Shown here: in pieces, positions 26,533-36,966 of the stretch
Layout of the letters: each line of letters opens with the position of its first letter
Numbering within the stretch: position 1 is the first letter of the stretch
NCBI GenBank assembly: GCA_965221155.1
Contig: OZ244869.1
Location: 4,519,790 to 4,583,789 of the forward strand
DNA length: 64,000 nt
Reading direction: 5' to 3'
Origin: an uncultured Candidatus Binatia bacterium
GTDB taxonomy: Bacteria > Desulfobacterota > Binatia > UBA9968 > JAJDTQ01
Program-made: the position numbers and the translations under genes
The notes under the pieces: model-generated
Told to the model about the DNA's origin: nothing
Database searches by the model: none
What the model saw: the letters and a program-made list of their open reading frames with translations, nothing else

Positions 26533-27463
26533 ACATTTCCCGGTGACCAAGGGATTGATCTTCGGCGGCAACGTCGGCTGGGTCCACGCCGTGGACGATG
26601 TCAGCTTTCGTATCGACAGCGGCGAGACCCTGGGACTGGTGGGGGAGTCGGGTTGCGGCAAGAGCACCACCGCCAAGATGGTCCTGTTGCTGGAGCACCC
26701 CACCGGCGGCGAGATACTCTACCAGGGGGTCGGCCTGGAACAGATGTCAGGCGCCGACCTGCGGCAGTACCGCAGCACCGTGCAAGCGGTGTTCCAGGAT
26801 CCACAGAGCTCCCTCAATCCCAGGATGCGGGTGGGCGATATCGTCGGCGAGCCGCTGGAGGTGAACGGGGGTCTTCCCCGGGCTGCGGTGCGAGAGCGGG
26901 TCGCGGAGGTCCTGAAGGACGTCAACCTGGACGCGGCCTTTGCCCGGCTCTATCCCCACGAGTTCAGCGGCGGGCAGCGGCAGCGCATCGCCTTGGCCCG
27001 GGCCCTGGTCACCCATTCCCGACTCATCGTGCTGGATGAGCCGGTGGCCTCTCTCGATGCCTCCATCCGGAGCCAGATCATCAACCTGCTGAAGGACCTT
27101 CAGGACGAGCACGGCCTGAGCTATCTGCTCATCACCCACGACCTGGCCGTGTCGCGGCACCTCAGCCACCGGGTGGCGGTCATGTACCTGGGACGGATCG
27201 TGGAGGAAGGGAAGGCGGACGCGCTGTACGGGGAACCCTTGCACCCGTACACGAAAGCGCTCATTTCCGCCGCCCTGCCGGTCCGAGCAGGGCAGGACTC
27301 GGAGGAGATGGTCCTGGCCGGTGAGGTCCCCAACCCCATGAACCCGCCCTCAGGCTGCCGTTTCCACCCCCGTTGTCCCTTGGCCATGCCGCGGTGCTCG
27401 GAAGAGGAGCCCGCGCTCCTGGAGGTGGCCCCGGAGCGGAAGGTGGCTTGCCACCTGTTCTAG
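26495..27463 (+). CDS. ABC transporter ATP-binding protein (DppF/OppF type)
   Basis: Walker [10 protein letters not shown], signature FSGGQRQR, Walker [10 protein letters not shown], and C-terminal [11 protein letters not shown]. Overlaps the upstream ATPase gene. Confidence 0.88.
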   Translation: MNPPLLEARNVRKHFPVTKGLIFGGNVGWVHAVDDVSFRIDSGETLGLVGESGCGKSTTAKMVLLLEHPTGGEILYQGVGLEQMSGADLRQYRSTVQAVFQDPQSSLNPRMRVGDIVGEPLEVNGGLPRAAVRERVAEVLKDVNLDAAFARLYPHEFSGGQRQRIALARALVTHSRLIVLDEPVASLDASIRSQIINLLKDLQDEHGLSYLLITHDLAVSRHLSHRVAVMYLGRIVEEGKADALYGEPLHPYTKALISAALPVRAGQDSEEMVLAGEVPNPMNPPSGCRFHPRCPLAMPRCSEEEPALLEVAPERKVACHLF

Positions 27464-27536
27464 GAGTCATCGGCACGGAGCCGATCGGCAGGGGTTCGTC
27501 CAGTGCCCGGGTACGGCTGTCGAACGTGTGGGGTTT

Positions 27537-27701
27537 CTAGTGTGGTGTCTCACAAATACGCTTACGAATCTGCGGGTCCTTTTGGCCGTCGGCTGCGTTG
27601 CTCTTCCTCGCGTGGTACACGCCACTGCTCGTCATCGCGCCTTGCCGACAACCAAAATGCCCTCGCAGATTCACAAGCGTATTTGTGAGACACCACACTA
27701 G
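27537..27701. mobile_element. MITE-like long-hairpin element, copy 2
   Basis: CTAGTGTGGTGTCTCACAAATACGCTT..GAATCTGCG arms, self-complementary apart from 2 mismatches. The core matches 9595-9782. Its terminal CTA (27698-27700) is the TAG stop of the next gene. Confidence 0.7.
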
Positions 27702-28411
27702 TGTTCGCGCAACAGGCGGCCGTAGCCGTTGATACGGTCCGTCACGCCGGAGCGGCGTAGCGTTTCCCAGATGATGGCCTGTGTCGCGGTGATCACCTTC
27801 ACCCCGAGCTCGCGCTCCAGCGGCTCGATGATCTCGATGACTCCCCAGGGCGCCGGCATGTATAGGGTGTCGGCATCGGGATGCTGCCGGTAGAGGGCCT
27901 CCGCGATCCCTTTCACCTCGTCCTGGGAGATGGTGGCCAGATCGGCCACGGTCTTGCCGGCGCCCTTGAATCCCATCAGCTCGAAGCCGTAATGGGCCAC
28001 GTATTCTGCGTGAAATCCCTCGGGATCGGAAAAGGGATGGACAAGAATGAGCTTTTCAGCGCCTACGGCTCTGAGCGCGTTCACCTGCGCGGTCATGCTG
28101 GAAGTTACGGTAACACCGATCGCCTCCTCGGTCTTCCGCATGGTCTCATCGAGTCCGTCATAGCCCAATGACAGGTTCAGCGGGACGCCTCCAAACATGA
28201 CGATGTCGACGTTTGCCCGTCCCATTTCGCGGGCCGCTTCGAGGGTCATCTCGACGCTCCGGGCCACATCTTTCTCCGCGAGCTGCTTGACCGCAAGAGT
28301 GGTGAGAACGAGCGTTACTCCCTCCGGGACCATCTTGTAGAATTCGTACGGGAACGTCTCCGTCAAGTAAGGCGGGGATGTATAGCCGATCCGGGCGCGG
28401 TAACCGTACAT
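27698..28411 (-). CDS. Asp/Glu-racemase-superfamily (arylmalonate decarboxylase-like) protein, paralogue 1
   Basis: 237 aa. Alignable by eye to 23273-23983, but with FGGVPLN and MPAPWG at the two positions that hold Cys in that protein. Confidence 0.6.
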   Translation of the reverse strand: MYGYRARIGYTSPPYLTETFPYEFYKMVPEGVTLVLTTLAVKQLAEKDVARSVEMTLEAAREMGRANVDIVMFGGVPLNLSLGYDGLDETMRKTEEAIGVTVTSSMTAQVNALRAVGAEKLILVHPFSDPEGFHAEYVAHYGFELMGFKGAGKTVADLATISQDEVKGIAEALYRQHPDADTLYMPAPWGVIEIIEPLERELGVKVITATQAIIWETLRRSGVTDRINGYGRLLREH

Positions 28412-28502
28412 ACTGCAGTTCCCTTACATACCGGTGGTCACTGACCGCAAGGTCGCCTGCCACCTGTTTTGGCAGCGGGCGGCGGGTATGCTCGGATCGT
28501 GT

Positions 28503-29219
28503 TCAGAAGTCGCGCAGCAGGCGGCCGTAGCCGTTGATTCGGTCGTTCACGCCGGAGCGGCGCAGGGTCTCCCAGACGATGGCCTGTATCGCGATGACCA
28601 CGTTGACTCCGAGCTCCTGCTCCAGCGGCTCGATGAGCTCGATGATGCCCCAGTGGGGGGCGGGGATGTAGAGGGTGTCGGCGTCGGGGTGCTCGCGGTA
28701 GAGGGCTTCCGCGAGGGCCTTGACCTCGTCCTGTGAAATGGTGGCCAGATCCGCCACGGTCTTCTGGGCGCCTCTGAACCCCAGCAGTTCGAAGCCATAG
28801 TGGGTCACGTACTCCGCGTGGAAACCCTCCGGGTCCTTGAAAGGGTGAAGGAGGACCAGCTTTTGTGCCCCCACGGCCCGAAGCGCGTTCACCTGCGCGG
28901 TGATGCTGGAGGTGACCGGCACGCCGATCTCCGCCTCGGTCTTGCGCAGGGTCTCCTCGAGTCCGTCGTAGCCCAGCGACAGGTTCAGCGGCACGCCGCC
29001 GAAAACCATGATATCGACCCCGGCATTGCCCATTTCCCGGGCCGCCTCCAGGGTCATCTCGACGCTACGGGTCGTTTCCTTCTCCGTAAGCTGCTTGATG
29101 GCCAGGGTCGTGAGGACGAGGGTCACGCCTTCCGGCACCATCTTGTAGAATTCGTAAGGAAAGGTCTCGGTCAGATAGGGCGGGGAAGTATAGCCGATTC
29201 GGGCACGATATCCGTACAT
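28503..29219 (-). CDS. Asp/Glu-racemase-superfamily (arylmalonate decarboxylase-like) protein, paralogue 2
   Basis: 238 aa, more than four-fifths identical by eye to 27698-28411. The first 40 residues are identical. Confidence 0.6.
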   Translation of the reverse strand: MYGYRARIGYTSPPYLTETFPYEFYKMVPEGVTLVLTTLAIKQLTEKETTRSVEMTLEAAREMGNAGVDIMVFGGVPLNLSLGYDGLEETLRKTEAEIGVPVTSSITAQVNALRAVGAQKLVLLHPFKDPEGFHAEYVTHYGFELLGFRGAQKTVADLATISQDEVKALAEALYREHPDADTLYIPAPHWGIIELIEPLEQELGVNVVIAIQAIVWETLRRSGVNDRINGYGRLLRDF

Positions 29220-29351
29220 AGTAGAGCCTCCTCTTGGTCAAGGGGTGTCACACATCAATAATTCGAAGTCCATTGTTTCTTGCCGTCCTCTTGGGGTCAG
29301 CGTCCTACTCTGCCTCTTGCCGTCCTCTCAAGGTCAGCGCCCCGCTCTGCC

Positions 29352-29383
29352 GTAGGTCGGATTAGCCGAAGGCGTAATCCGAC
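29352..29383. repeat. REP-B element, single unit
   Basis: GTAGGTCGGATTAGCCGAAGGCGTAATCCGAC. Confidence 0.85.
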
Positions 29384-29393
29384 TCCCTCCTCC

Positions 29394-30276
29394 TCAAGTC
29401 AGATTCCGAGTCCTGGGATCCAGAAAGTCCCGCAGCCAGTCGCCCAGCAGGTTGATGGAGAGCACCACCAGCACCAGCGCCACGCCCGGGAAGAACGACA
29501 GCCACCACGCCGTGGTGATATGCGACCGCCCGTCCGCGATCATCGCTCCCCACGAAGGCGTCGGCGGGGGAATCCCCGCGCCCAGAAAGCTCAACGAAGC
29601 CTCGACGATGATGACCCAGCCCACCTGCAGCGTCGCCAGCACCACCAGCGGGTTGATGATGTTGGGGAAGATGTGGCGCTGTAGAATCCGGAACGAGGAG
29701 CAGCCCGCCACCCGCGCCAGGGCCACGAACTCGCGTTCCTTCCAGCTCAGCACCTCGCCCCGCACGAGGCGGGCGAACCTCGCCCACATGACCAGGCCCA
29801 GAACCAGGATGAGATTCCGGAAACTCGGGCCGAACACGACCGCGAAGAGCAGCGCGATCAAGATGATGGGCAGCGACAGCATGGCGTCCGTGGTGCGCAT
29901 GATCAGCGTGTCGGCCCAGCGTCCGTAGTAGCCGGAGATGAGCCCCAGCAGGGTGCCGATGATACCCCCGACGGCTACGGCCGCGAGTCCGGCGGCAATG
30001 GAGACCCGCGCCCCGTGGATGATGCGGCTGGTCATGTCCCGGCCCAGCCGGTCGGTGCCCAGGGGATGCGTGAGCTTGCCGCCTTCCTGCCAGAACGGCG
30101 GCAGCAGGCGCGCCCTCAGGGCGATCTTGTTGGGCGGGTAGGGGGCCACGACGTCCGCCAGCACCCCGAGCCCGCCGAAGGTGACGAGGATCAGCAGGGG
30201 CAGCAGCAACAGCTTCCGGGCGCGGGCGCGCACGGACCTCGGAAGATCGGTGTCCGCGGTGACGGTTATTTCCGAA

Positions 30277-30284
<8 letters not shown>
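29394..30284 (-). CDS. ABC transporter permease (DppC/OppC type)
   Basis: 296-aa, 6-TM protein with a BPD_transp_1-type EAA region (EFVALARVAGCSSFRILQRHIFPN). Confidence 0.85.
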
Positions 30285-31200
<916 letters not shown>

Positions 31201-31242
31201 CGAATCCCGCGGGTGTGAGCTGGAATTTCCTCTCGCTCGCGG

Positions 31243-32820
31243 CTATTTCGCCGGAGTCGCCGTCACCAGGCTGGGCTCGATGTAGCCCCGGTGGGGCCGC
31301 AACTGAATGTCCTTCACCTGGTTCCCGTAACCCCACAGGATTCCCTTGACGTCCGCGATGGGCACGCCGCGGTACTCGCTGTGCAGAACCTTGTAGGCCT
31401 TGCTCACCTGGGCCGCGATGCCGTCGATGGTGGCCTCGCCCGCCGCTTTGCTGGCGATGTCGTCCACGGTGTTGGCCATCTTGATGATCCTGCCCTTTGC
31501 GGACCACCAGATACGCAGATCATCGGAGCCGTTGAGGCGTCCGGTGGTGGCGAAGGTGCCCGCCTGGCCGACGATCTTGGGAGACTGCGGGTTGGCGATG
31601 TAGAGCGGACGAAACGCCCCGATGTCGGTAGGGACGATGCTCGCCTTCACGCCAATGGCCTCCCAGTATCCGGCCACGATCTCGGCGAGCTGGAGGTACT
31701 GGGTGAAGCCGGCCGTGGGCAACGCGAACAGCTTGATGGAGAAGCCGTTGGGATAGCCGGCGTCCGCCAATAGCTTCTTGGCCTTGGCCGGGTCGTAGGG
31801 GTACGGCTTCAGGTCCGCGGGAAAGCCGATGGAGATGGGGGAGATGGGGAACACCGCCGCGGGTTTGCCCTTGCCGTGCAACAGCGTGTCCACGATCTCC
31901 TGCTTGTTGACAGCCAGGTTCAGGGCCTGGCGGACCCGGACGTCCTTCACCGGACCCGCCTTGTCGTAGTAGGTGGCGTAGAGGTGTATCCGCACCGACG
32001 TGGGTTGCGGGTCCTCGGCGATCTTGAATCCCGCCTTGGTCATGTCCGGGACCTCGTCCAGGGAGATTCGCGCCAGGTCCACCTGACCGGTTTTCAGCAT
32101 GGCCACGCGGGTGGAGGTCTCGGGCACGAGCAGAATGCGGAGGCGGTCGAATCGCGGCGATTTGCGCCAGTGGTTCTTCACGGCCTCGAACTCGATGAAG
32201 TTGCCCACCTCGTGCTTGACGAACTTCCAGGCGCCGGTGCCCACGGGCTTCTGGGCGAAGCCGTCCCAGCCGACCTTCTTGATGTAGGCCTTGGGAAGCA
32301 CGATGCCCTCGATGCCGGGCTGATTGGCCATGTCATAGGGGAAGGTGGGCCACGGCCGCGCCGTGACGATCTTCACCGTGTGGCCGTCGACCACCTGTAC
32401 GTCCTTGATGCCCTTGCGAAACTGCCGCACCCGGGAGCTCTTGGCCTTGGGCCGGCGGAAGCCCTCCATGAGGGTGAACTGTACGTCCTCGGCAGTCATC
32501 TCGCTGCCGTCGTGGAATGTGACCCCGGACCGGAGCTTGAAGGTCCAGGAGAGTCCGTCTGCCGCCGGCTCCCAGCTCAGCGCGAGCCCCGGCGTGAGCT
32601 TGCCGTTGGCGTCCACTTCCGTGAGCCAGTCCCACAGCGGGCCCACCAGCCCGAGGGAGGCGCTGATCGAAGTGCGGGTGGGATCCATGGATTCCTCGCC
32701 GAAGTTCCCGGCGGCGTACCGGAGGGTGCTTTCGGCCGCGTGGGCCGGTGGCCCCGCAAGCAACGTCAGGAAGGCTGCGAGAACCAGGAATTGAAAGAGT
32801 CTTTTTGAAGCGTTCAACAT
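31243..32820 (-). CDS. ABC transporter substrate-binding protein, family 5 (DppA/OppA-like)
   Basis: Signal peptide plus an SBP_bac_5-like body of about 525 aa, heading the permease genes. ATG at 32820 has a GGAGGA RBS. Confidence 0.85.
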   Translation of the reverse strand: MLNASKRLFQFLVLAAFLTLLAGPPAHAAESTLRYAAGNFGEESMDPTRTSISASLGLVGPLWDWLTEVDANGKLTPGLALSWEPAADGLSWTFKLRSGVTFHDGSEMTAEDVQFTLMEGFRRPKAKSSRVRQFRKGIKDVQVVDGHTVKIVTARPWPTFPYDMANQPGIEGIVLPKAYIKKVGWDGFAQKPVGTGAWKFVKHEVGNFIEFEAVKNHWRKSPRFDRLRILLVPETSTRVAMLKTGQVDLARISLDEVPDMTKAGFKIAEDPQPTSVRIHLYATYYDKAGPVKDVRVRQALNLAVNKQEIVDTLLHGKGKPAAVFPISPISIGFPADLKPYPYDPAKAKKLLADAGYPNGFSIKLFALPTAGFTQYLQLAEIVAGYWEAIGVKASIVPTDIGAFRPLYIANPQSPKIVGQAGTFATTGRLNGSDDLRIWWSAKGRIIKMANTVDDIASKAAGEATIDGIAAQVSKAYKVLHSEYRGVPIADVKGILWGYGNQVKDIQLRPHRGYIEPSLVTATPAK

Positions 32821-33004
32821 GGTAAATCCTCCCCGTGGTCGATTCAGATGAATAGCCCGTGTTTGCCGCCCAAGCTCGACACGCCCGCACATTACTCTGG
32901 ATGCAGTTCCGAGTGCAAGAGTTGCGTGGAGCCGGTAGGATGATCTTCACACCCGTTGTGCCGGGCTTGACCCGGAATCCCATCCCTGACACTCACTTGC
33001 TGAC

Positions 33005-33751
33005 ATGGACCTCGAAGCCCTGTTGATCATCTTCGTCGCGCTTGGCGCCGGTGCATTGTCGAAGGGCGCCACGGGAATGGGCCTCCCGCTCATCGCCGTG
33101 CCCATCATGGCAGGCTTCCTCGGCGCCCAACAAGCCGTCATCGTCATCACCATCCCCAACATGGTGAGCAACTTCTGGGTCATGTGGTCCTACCGTTCCC
33201 GGTTCCATACCGTGCCCGGGCTCGCCTTCGCTACCATGGCGGGCGCCCTGGGCGTAGCCGCCGGCACCTGGTTCCTGGCCACCGCCGACGAGCGCATGCT
33301 GACCCTCGCGCTGGCGGTTTGTGTGGGCGCCTACCTGGTGCTGCTGGCCTTCCGCATCGAGATCCGCTTCACCGGGCGGCTGGGCCGCGTCCTCTCGCCG
33401 CTCATCGCCGCCCTGGCCGGTGTCTCCCAGGGCGCGGCCGGCATGTCCAGCGCGGTGGTGGCGGCCTGGGTGCGCGCGTTCCAACTGGAGAAAGAGGCGT
33501 ACATCTTCGCGGCATCGACGATGTTCCTGGGCCTCACCACCATGCATTTTCTCTTTGTCCTGGCCGCCGGCCTGTTCGATCAGGAGCGTTTCGGCCAGGC
33601 CGTTCTCGCGCTCATCCCCATCGCGCTGTTCCTGCCCCTTGGCATGCGGGTGACTCCCTACATCAGCAAGCAGTGGTTCAACCGGGTCATCGTCACACTC
33701 ATCATCGTGATGGAGGTCAAACTGATCTGGCAGGGGATGGTGGGTCAATGA
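33005..33751 (+). CDS. TauE/SafE (TSUP) family anion exporter-like membrane protein
   Basis: 248 aa, about 8 TM helices. Gly-rich motifs GAGALSKGATGMG and GVSQGAAGM are typical of DUF81/TauE. Confidence 0.75.
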   Translation: MDLEALLIIFVALGAGALSKGATGMGLPLIAVPIMAGFLGAQQAVIVITIPNMVSNFWVMWSYRSRFHTVPGLAFATMAGALGVAAGTWFLATADERMLTLALAVCVGAYLVLLAFRIEIRFTGRLGRVLSPLIAALAGVSQGAAGMSSAVVAAWVRAFQLEKEAYIFAASTMFLGLTTMHFLFVLAAGLFDQERFGQAVLALIPIALFLPLGMRVTPYISKQWFNRVIVTLIIVMEVKLIWQGMVGQ

Positions 33752-33885
33752 ACTGTCCGGGTCCGGCTAAAGAATCGACGCGATGAGGCGATTACTATTC
33801 CCGGGATCGGGATTCCGCTCCTCCAAGGATGTTGAATTTTCGAATTACCGGTCTATAATCAGCGGTATATCGCGGGGAAAGTCCC

Positions 33886-34470
33886 ATGAGCCTGATCGTA
33901 TCCGAAATCTATGATGCGCTGATCGAAGCCGGCACTTCCAAGGACAAGGCCAAGGCGGCCGCGGCTGCGGTCCCGTCTGTCGGACGTTTGGCCACCAAGG
34001 AGGACATTGCCAGGCTGGAAGGGGCCACCAAGGAGGACATTGCCAGGCTGGAAGGGGCCACCAAGGAGGACATTGCCAGGCTGGAAGGGGCCACCAAGGA
34101 GGACATTGCCAGGCTGGAAGGGGTCACCAGGGGGGATATTGCCAAGCTGGAAGGGGTCACCAAGGAGGACATTGCCAGGCTGGAAGGGGTCACCAAGGAG
34201 GACATTGCCAGGCTGGAAGGGGTCACCAAGGAGGACATTGCCAGGCTGGAAGGGGTCACCAGGGGGGACATTGCCAAGCTGGAAGGGGTCACCAGGGAGG
34301 ACATTGCCAAGCTGGAACGGGTCACCAGGGAGGACATTGCCAAGCTGGAAGGGGTCACCAGGGAGGACATTGCCAAGCTCGACAAGAGAGTTGCCGTACT
34401 GAGTCTCGCGGTCTTCAGTCTCCAACCGGCGATTCTGGCGTTACTGGTGAAGCTGGTTTTCTTTCCCTAG
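33886..34470 (+). CDS. Tail-anchored coiled-coil repeat protein (DUF1640-like) with a 12 x 11-aa tandem repeat
   Basis: N-terminus IYDALIEAGTSKDKAKAAAAAV, then 12 copies of [AV]T[KR][EG]DIA[RK]LEG, then one C-terminal hydrophobic helix (LSLAVFSLQPAILALLVKLVFF). Confidence 0.6.
   Translation: MSLIVSEIYDALIEAGTSKDKAKAAAAAVPSVGRLATKEDIARLEGATKEDIARLEGATKEDIARLEGATKEDIARLEGVTRGDIAKLEGVTKEDIARLEGVTKEDIARLEGVTKEDIARLEGVTRGDIAKLEGVTREDIAKLERVTREDIAKLEGVTREDIAKLDKRVAVLSLAVFSLQPAILALLVKLVFFP
33991..34386 (+). repeat. 33-bp tandem repeat x12 (in-frame, inside the CDS)
   Basis: The unit GYCACCARGGRGGAYATTGCCARGCTGGAAGGG repeats head-to-tail with no spacers. Four identical units are followed by a 1+3 pattern and then diverging units. 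Confidence 0.95.
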
Positions 34471-34500
34471 GAGCCAGTATCGGCCGGCAGCGCCGCGCGG

Positions 34501-34529
34501 GCACGGGCGGGTTTGAAACCCGCCCCTAC
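34501..34529. repeat. REP-A element, copy 5
   Basis: GCACGGGCGGGTTTGAAACCCGCCCCTAC. Confidence 0.9.
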
Positions 34530-34575
34530 ATCGGATGCCGGGTTCCTGCGGCGCAGACTCCTAGTCGCCCTCGGC

Positions 34576-35532
34576 TCATTTCGGCAGGTGCGCGGTCTCG
34601 GGAAGGCCGAGCATGAGGTTGAGGTTCTGGATAGCCACGCCGCTGGCGCCTTTGCCGAGGTTGTCGAGGAGGGCCACCAGCAACGTGTGGCCGGAGGGAT
34701 GCGGCACCACGTGCAGCTCCATCCAGTTGGTGTCGTTGCACGCCTGCGGATCGAAGCTGCGCTCGTGTGCGTCGCGCGGATCCGGATGAGGAACCACGCG
34801 GATGAAGGGCTCCCCGTCGTAGCGTTCCAGCAGACACTCCAGGATCGCCGAACTGGTTCCGCCCATGGGCACCATGCCGAGATGAATCGGCACCTCCACC
34901 CGCATGCCGCAGCGAAACGGTCCTACCGCCGGCACGAACTGAGGCTCGACGGTTAGCCCGCTGTAGGCCAGCATCTCCGGGACGTGCTTGTGCCGGGCTC
35001 CCAGGGCATAGGGTGCCTCGTAGGGGAGTGAGCCCAGGCCTTGGTCCGGGCTCTCCCATTTCTCGATCAGTCCCCGCCCGCCGCCCGAATAGCCCGACAG
35101 TGCATGGATGGAAACCGGGGTATCGTGGGGCAACAGTCCCTCCTCCACCAGCGGCCGCGTCAGCAGGATGAAAGCGGAGGGGTAGCATCCGGGGTTGGCC
35201 ACGAAGCAAGCCTCGCGGATGGCGTCCCGCCGGCCGGCCTCGAGCTCCGGGAGCCCGTAGGTCCATCCGTCGGCCACCCGATGAGCCGTGCTGGCGTCGA
35301 TAACCCGCGTTCCGCATTCACCAGCCCACCGCGCCGCTTCCCGGGCGGCGTCGTCCGGCAGACACAGCACCGTGAGGTCCGACGCCTCGATGGCCGCGCG
35401 CCGCGCACCGTGGTCCTTCCGCCGGTCTTCGTTCAGCGTGGATACCTCGATGTCCCCGCGTCCCGCGAGCCAGTCGCGTATCCGCAGGCCCGTGGTGCCC
35501 ACGTGGCCGTCTATGTAGACCTTGGGTGGCAT
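34576..35532 (-). CDS. argC: N-acetyl-gamma-glutamyl-phosphate reductase (short, type-2 form)
   Basis: N-terminus KVYIDGHVGTTGLRI, catalytic-Cys motif NPGCYPSA, about 318 aa. Confidence 0.85.
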   Translation of the reverse strand: MPPKVYIDGHVGTTGLRIRDWLAGRGDIEVSTLNEDRRKDHGARRAAIEASDLTVLCLPDDAAREAARWAGECGTRVIDASTAHRVADGWTYGLPELEAGRRDAIREACFVANPGCYPSAFILLTRPLVEEGLLPHDTPVSIHALSGYSGGGRGLIEKWESPDQGLGSLPYEAPYALGARHKHVPEMLAYSGLTVEPQFVPAVGPFRCGMRVEVPIHLGMVPMGGTSSAILECLLERYDGEPFIRVVPHPDPRDAHERSFDPQACNDTNWMELHVVPHPSGHTLLVALLDNLGKGASGVAIQNLNLMLGLPETAHLPK

Positions 35533-35646
35533 GGTTCGGCTCGGATGGCCTTTCAAGTTGAATTTACCAGAAACCTTTCGATATTGGCACGAAGCCTCGG
35601 ACTCCTACTTGTCCGGGTTCCACATTTCGTGGCGTTTCGCATTGGG

Positions 35647-36693
35647 TCAGGCCGTGTTGCGTGTGCGCCGGATCATGGCGTCGACATCCGGATTTGCATT
35701 GAACGGAACGAGCTCGACGTTGGGGTGTGCCCGGACAAACACGCGAAACACCTCGTCAGCGAAGGCCTGTCCGACCTGCTCGACTCCATCAAAGTCCAAG
35801 ATCACCTTCTTGAAGCGGTCGAATCGTGTCAACAGCCGCTTGGCTTGAGAACGCGATATCAACGCTTCGTCCCCGTACTGAACCAACCTGACAGGTACGA
35901 CGGTCTTCGAGAACCCGTAGTCTCCGGCCTCGGTATATTCGTCAAACACTTGTTTCAGCGTCTTTTCCGTATCGTTGTTCAGTTCAAGAATGACCCAGGT
36001 GCCGCGAACGCCTGACGTGTTGTCATTCAACGGGATTTCTTGAATCCAATCCTCTTCTGTTGCACTGTCGTGCGAGAAAAAGACCTTATGAGAAAGCATA
36101 TTGAACTCGTCGAACATGCGTGAGGTAAAGAAGATGCCTTCGCCCGTATGTTTCTCCGGGTCGGTAGTCAGCTTTCCTTTCCTCAGTTCGAGGACTGCAT
36201 GCCGTTCGTCGTCGAGTTGCAGTTCTCTGGTAATCTTGCGGAAGATTCCCTCCCCATCATCGATCAGACGAATTCTCACATCGACAGCCGTCCGCGTGAT
36301 CATTATTCTCACCGATGTTCCCGACGAGTGGTCGATTGCATTGTTCATCATCTCGGTAAAGCCGTATTGCCAAACATCCCGAGCTCGCCGAGGTATACCC
36401 GCCAGAATCGGCTCTACTTCCGTCCGCCAAACGGTGTCTTCGTCGATCCCTTCGGCGAGCGGGACGACCATGTCCTTCCCGTCCAATACGCCCAGCGAGT
36501 AGCGGCGGTTGCGTGTCGCTCCTTCGGCCGTCAAAAAACCGACGGCAACGAGACTACCGAGGTGCTTGTTGACGGCTTGGCGCGAAATGCCAAAATGGTC
36601 AGCACATATTTGCGCGATGTCATCAGGATGCGTGCGGACGTGTGTGGTAATGTAGTCACGAATTGCGCGGCCCCGTTCTCGTGTTCCCGGCAT
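35647..36693 (-). CDS. wHTH - GHKL (HATPase_c-like) ATPase - DUF4325/STAS-like domain protein
   Basis: wHTH (ISRQAVNKHLGSLVAVGFL). GHKL N-box EMMNNAIDHS, G1 box DDGEGI, G2 box GEGIFF. C-terminal RSQAKRLL..F..FKKVILDF.GV..VGQAFADEVFRVF is typical of DUF4325. A hand count of 36101-36200 gives 51 G+C per 100 nt. Confidence 0.65.
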   Translation of the reverse strand: MPGTRERGRAIRDYITTHVRTHPDDIAQICADHFGISRQAVNKHLGSLVAVGFLTAEGATRNRRYSLGVLDGKDMVVPLAEGIDEDTVWRTEVEPILAGIPRRARDVWQYGFTEMMNNAIDHSSGTSVRIMITRTAVDVRIRLIDDGEGIFRKITRELQLDDERHAVLELRKGKLTTDPEKHTGEGIFFTSRMFDEFNMLSHKVFFSHDSATEEDWIQEIPLNDNTSGVRGTWVILELNNDTEKTLKQVFDEYTEAGDYGFSKTVVPVRLVQYGDEALISRSQAKRLLTRFDRFKKVILDFDGVEQVGQAFADEVFRVFVRAHPNVELVPFNANPDVDAMIRRTRNTA

Positions 36694-36966
36694 GATTGAC
36701 AGTCTCCTTTTGTCAACTCGACAATATCCTATTGTCAACCTTATCCATGAGATTGTCAACTCTATGCGCTGATACTTGACTGCCTGTGAGGCGAGTAGGG
36801 TTGTGGACGAGCCATCGCCGCAGAGGAAGATGGGCGCAGCCACAAGTCGATGACACGGCCTACATCTTTACGGCCTCCCCCGGAATTGCTAGTTTTGCTG
36901 TCAATTCCAGGCCCGCGCGCGCATGGCGGCGGCACGGGCGATTCCAGCAGATTCAAGGAGGAAAGA

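Noticed and set aside
33859-34425. Additional ORFs (188, 158 and 131 aa) in other frames and strands over the 33-bp repeat, and the possibility that the array is a CRISPR
   Set aside because: The repeats are head-to-tail with no spacers, so this is not a CRISPR. The other frames are open only because the repeat unit has no stop codons. Only the + frame starting at 33886 has a sensible head and a TM tail.
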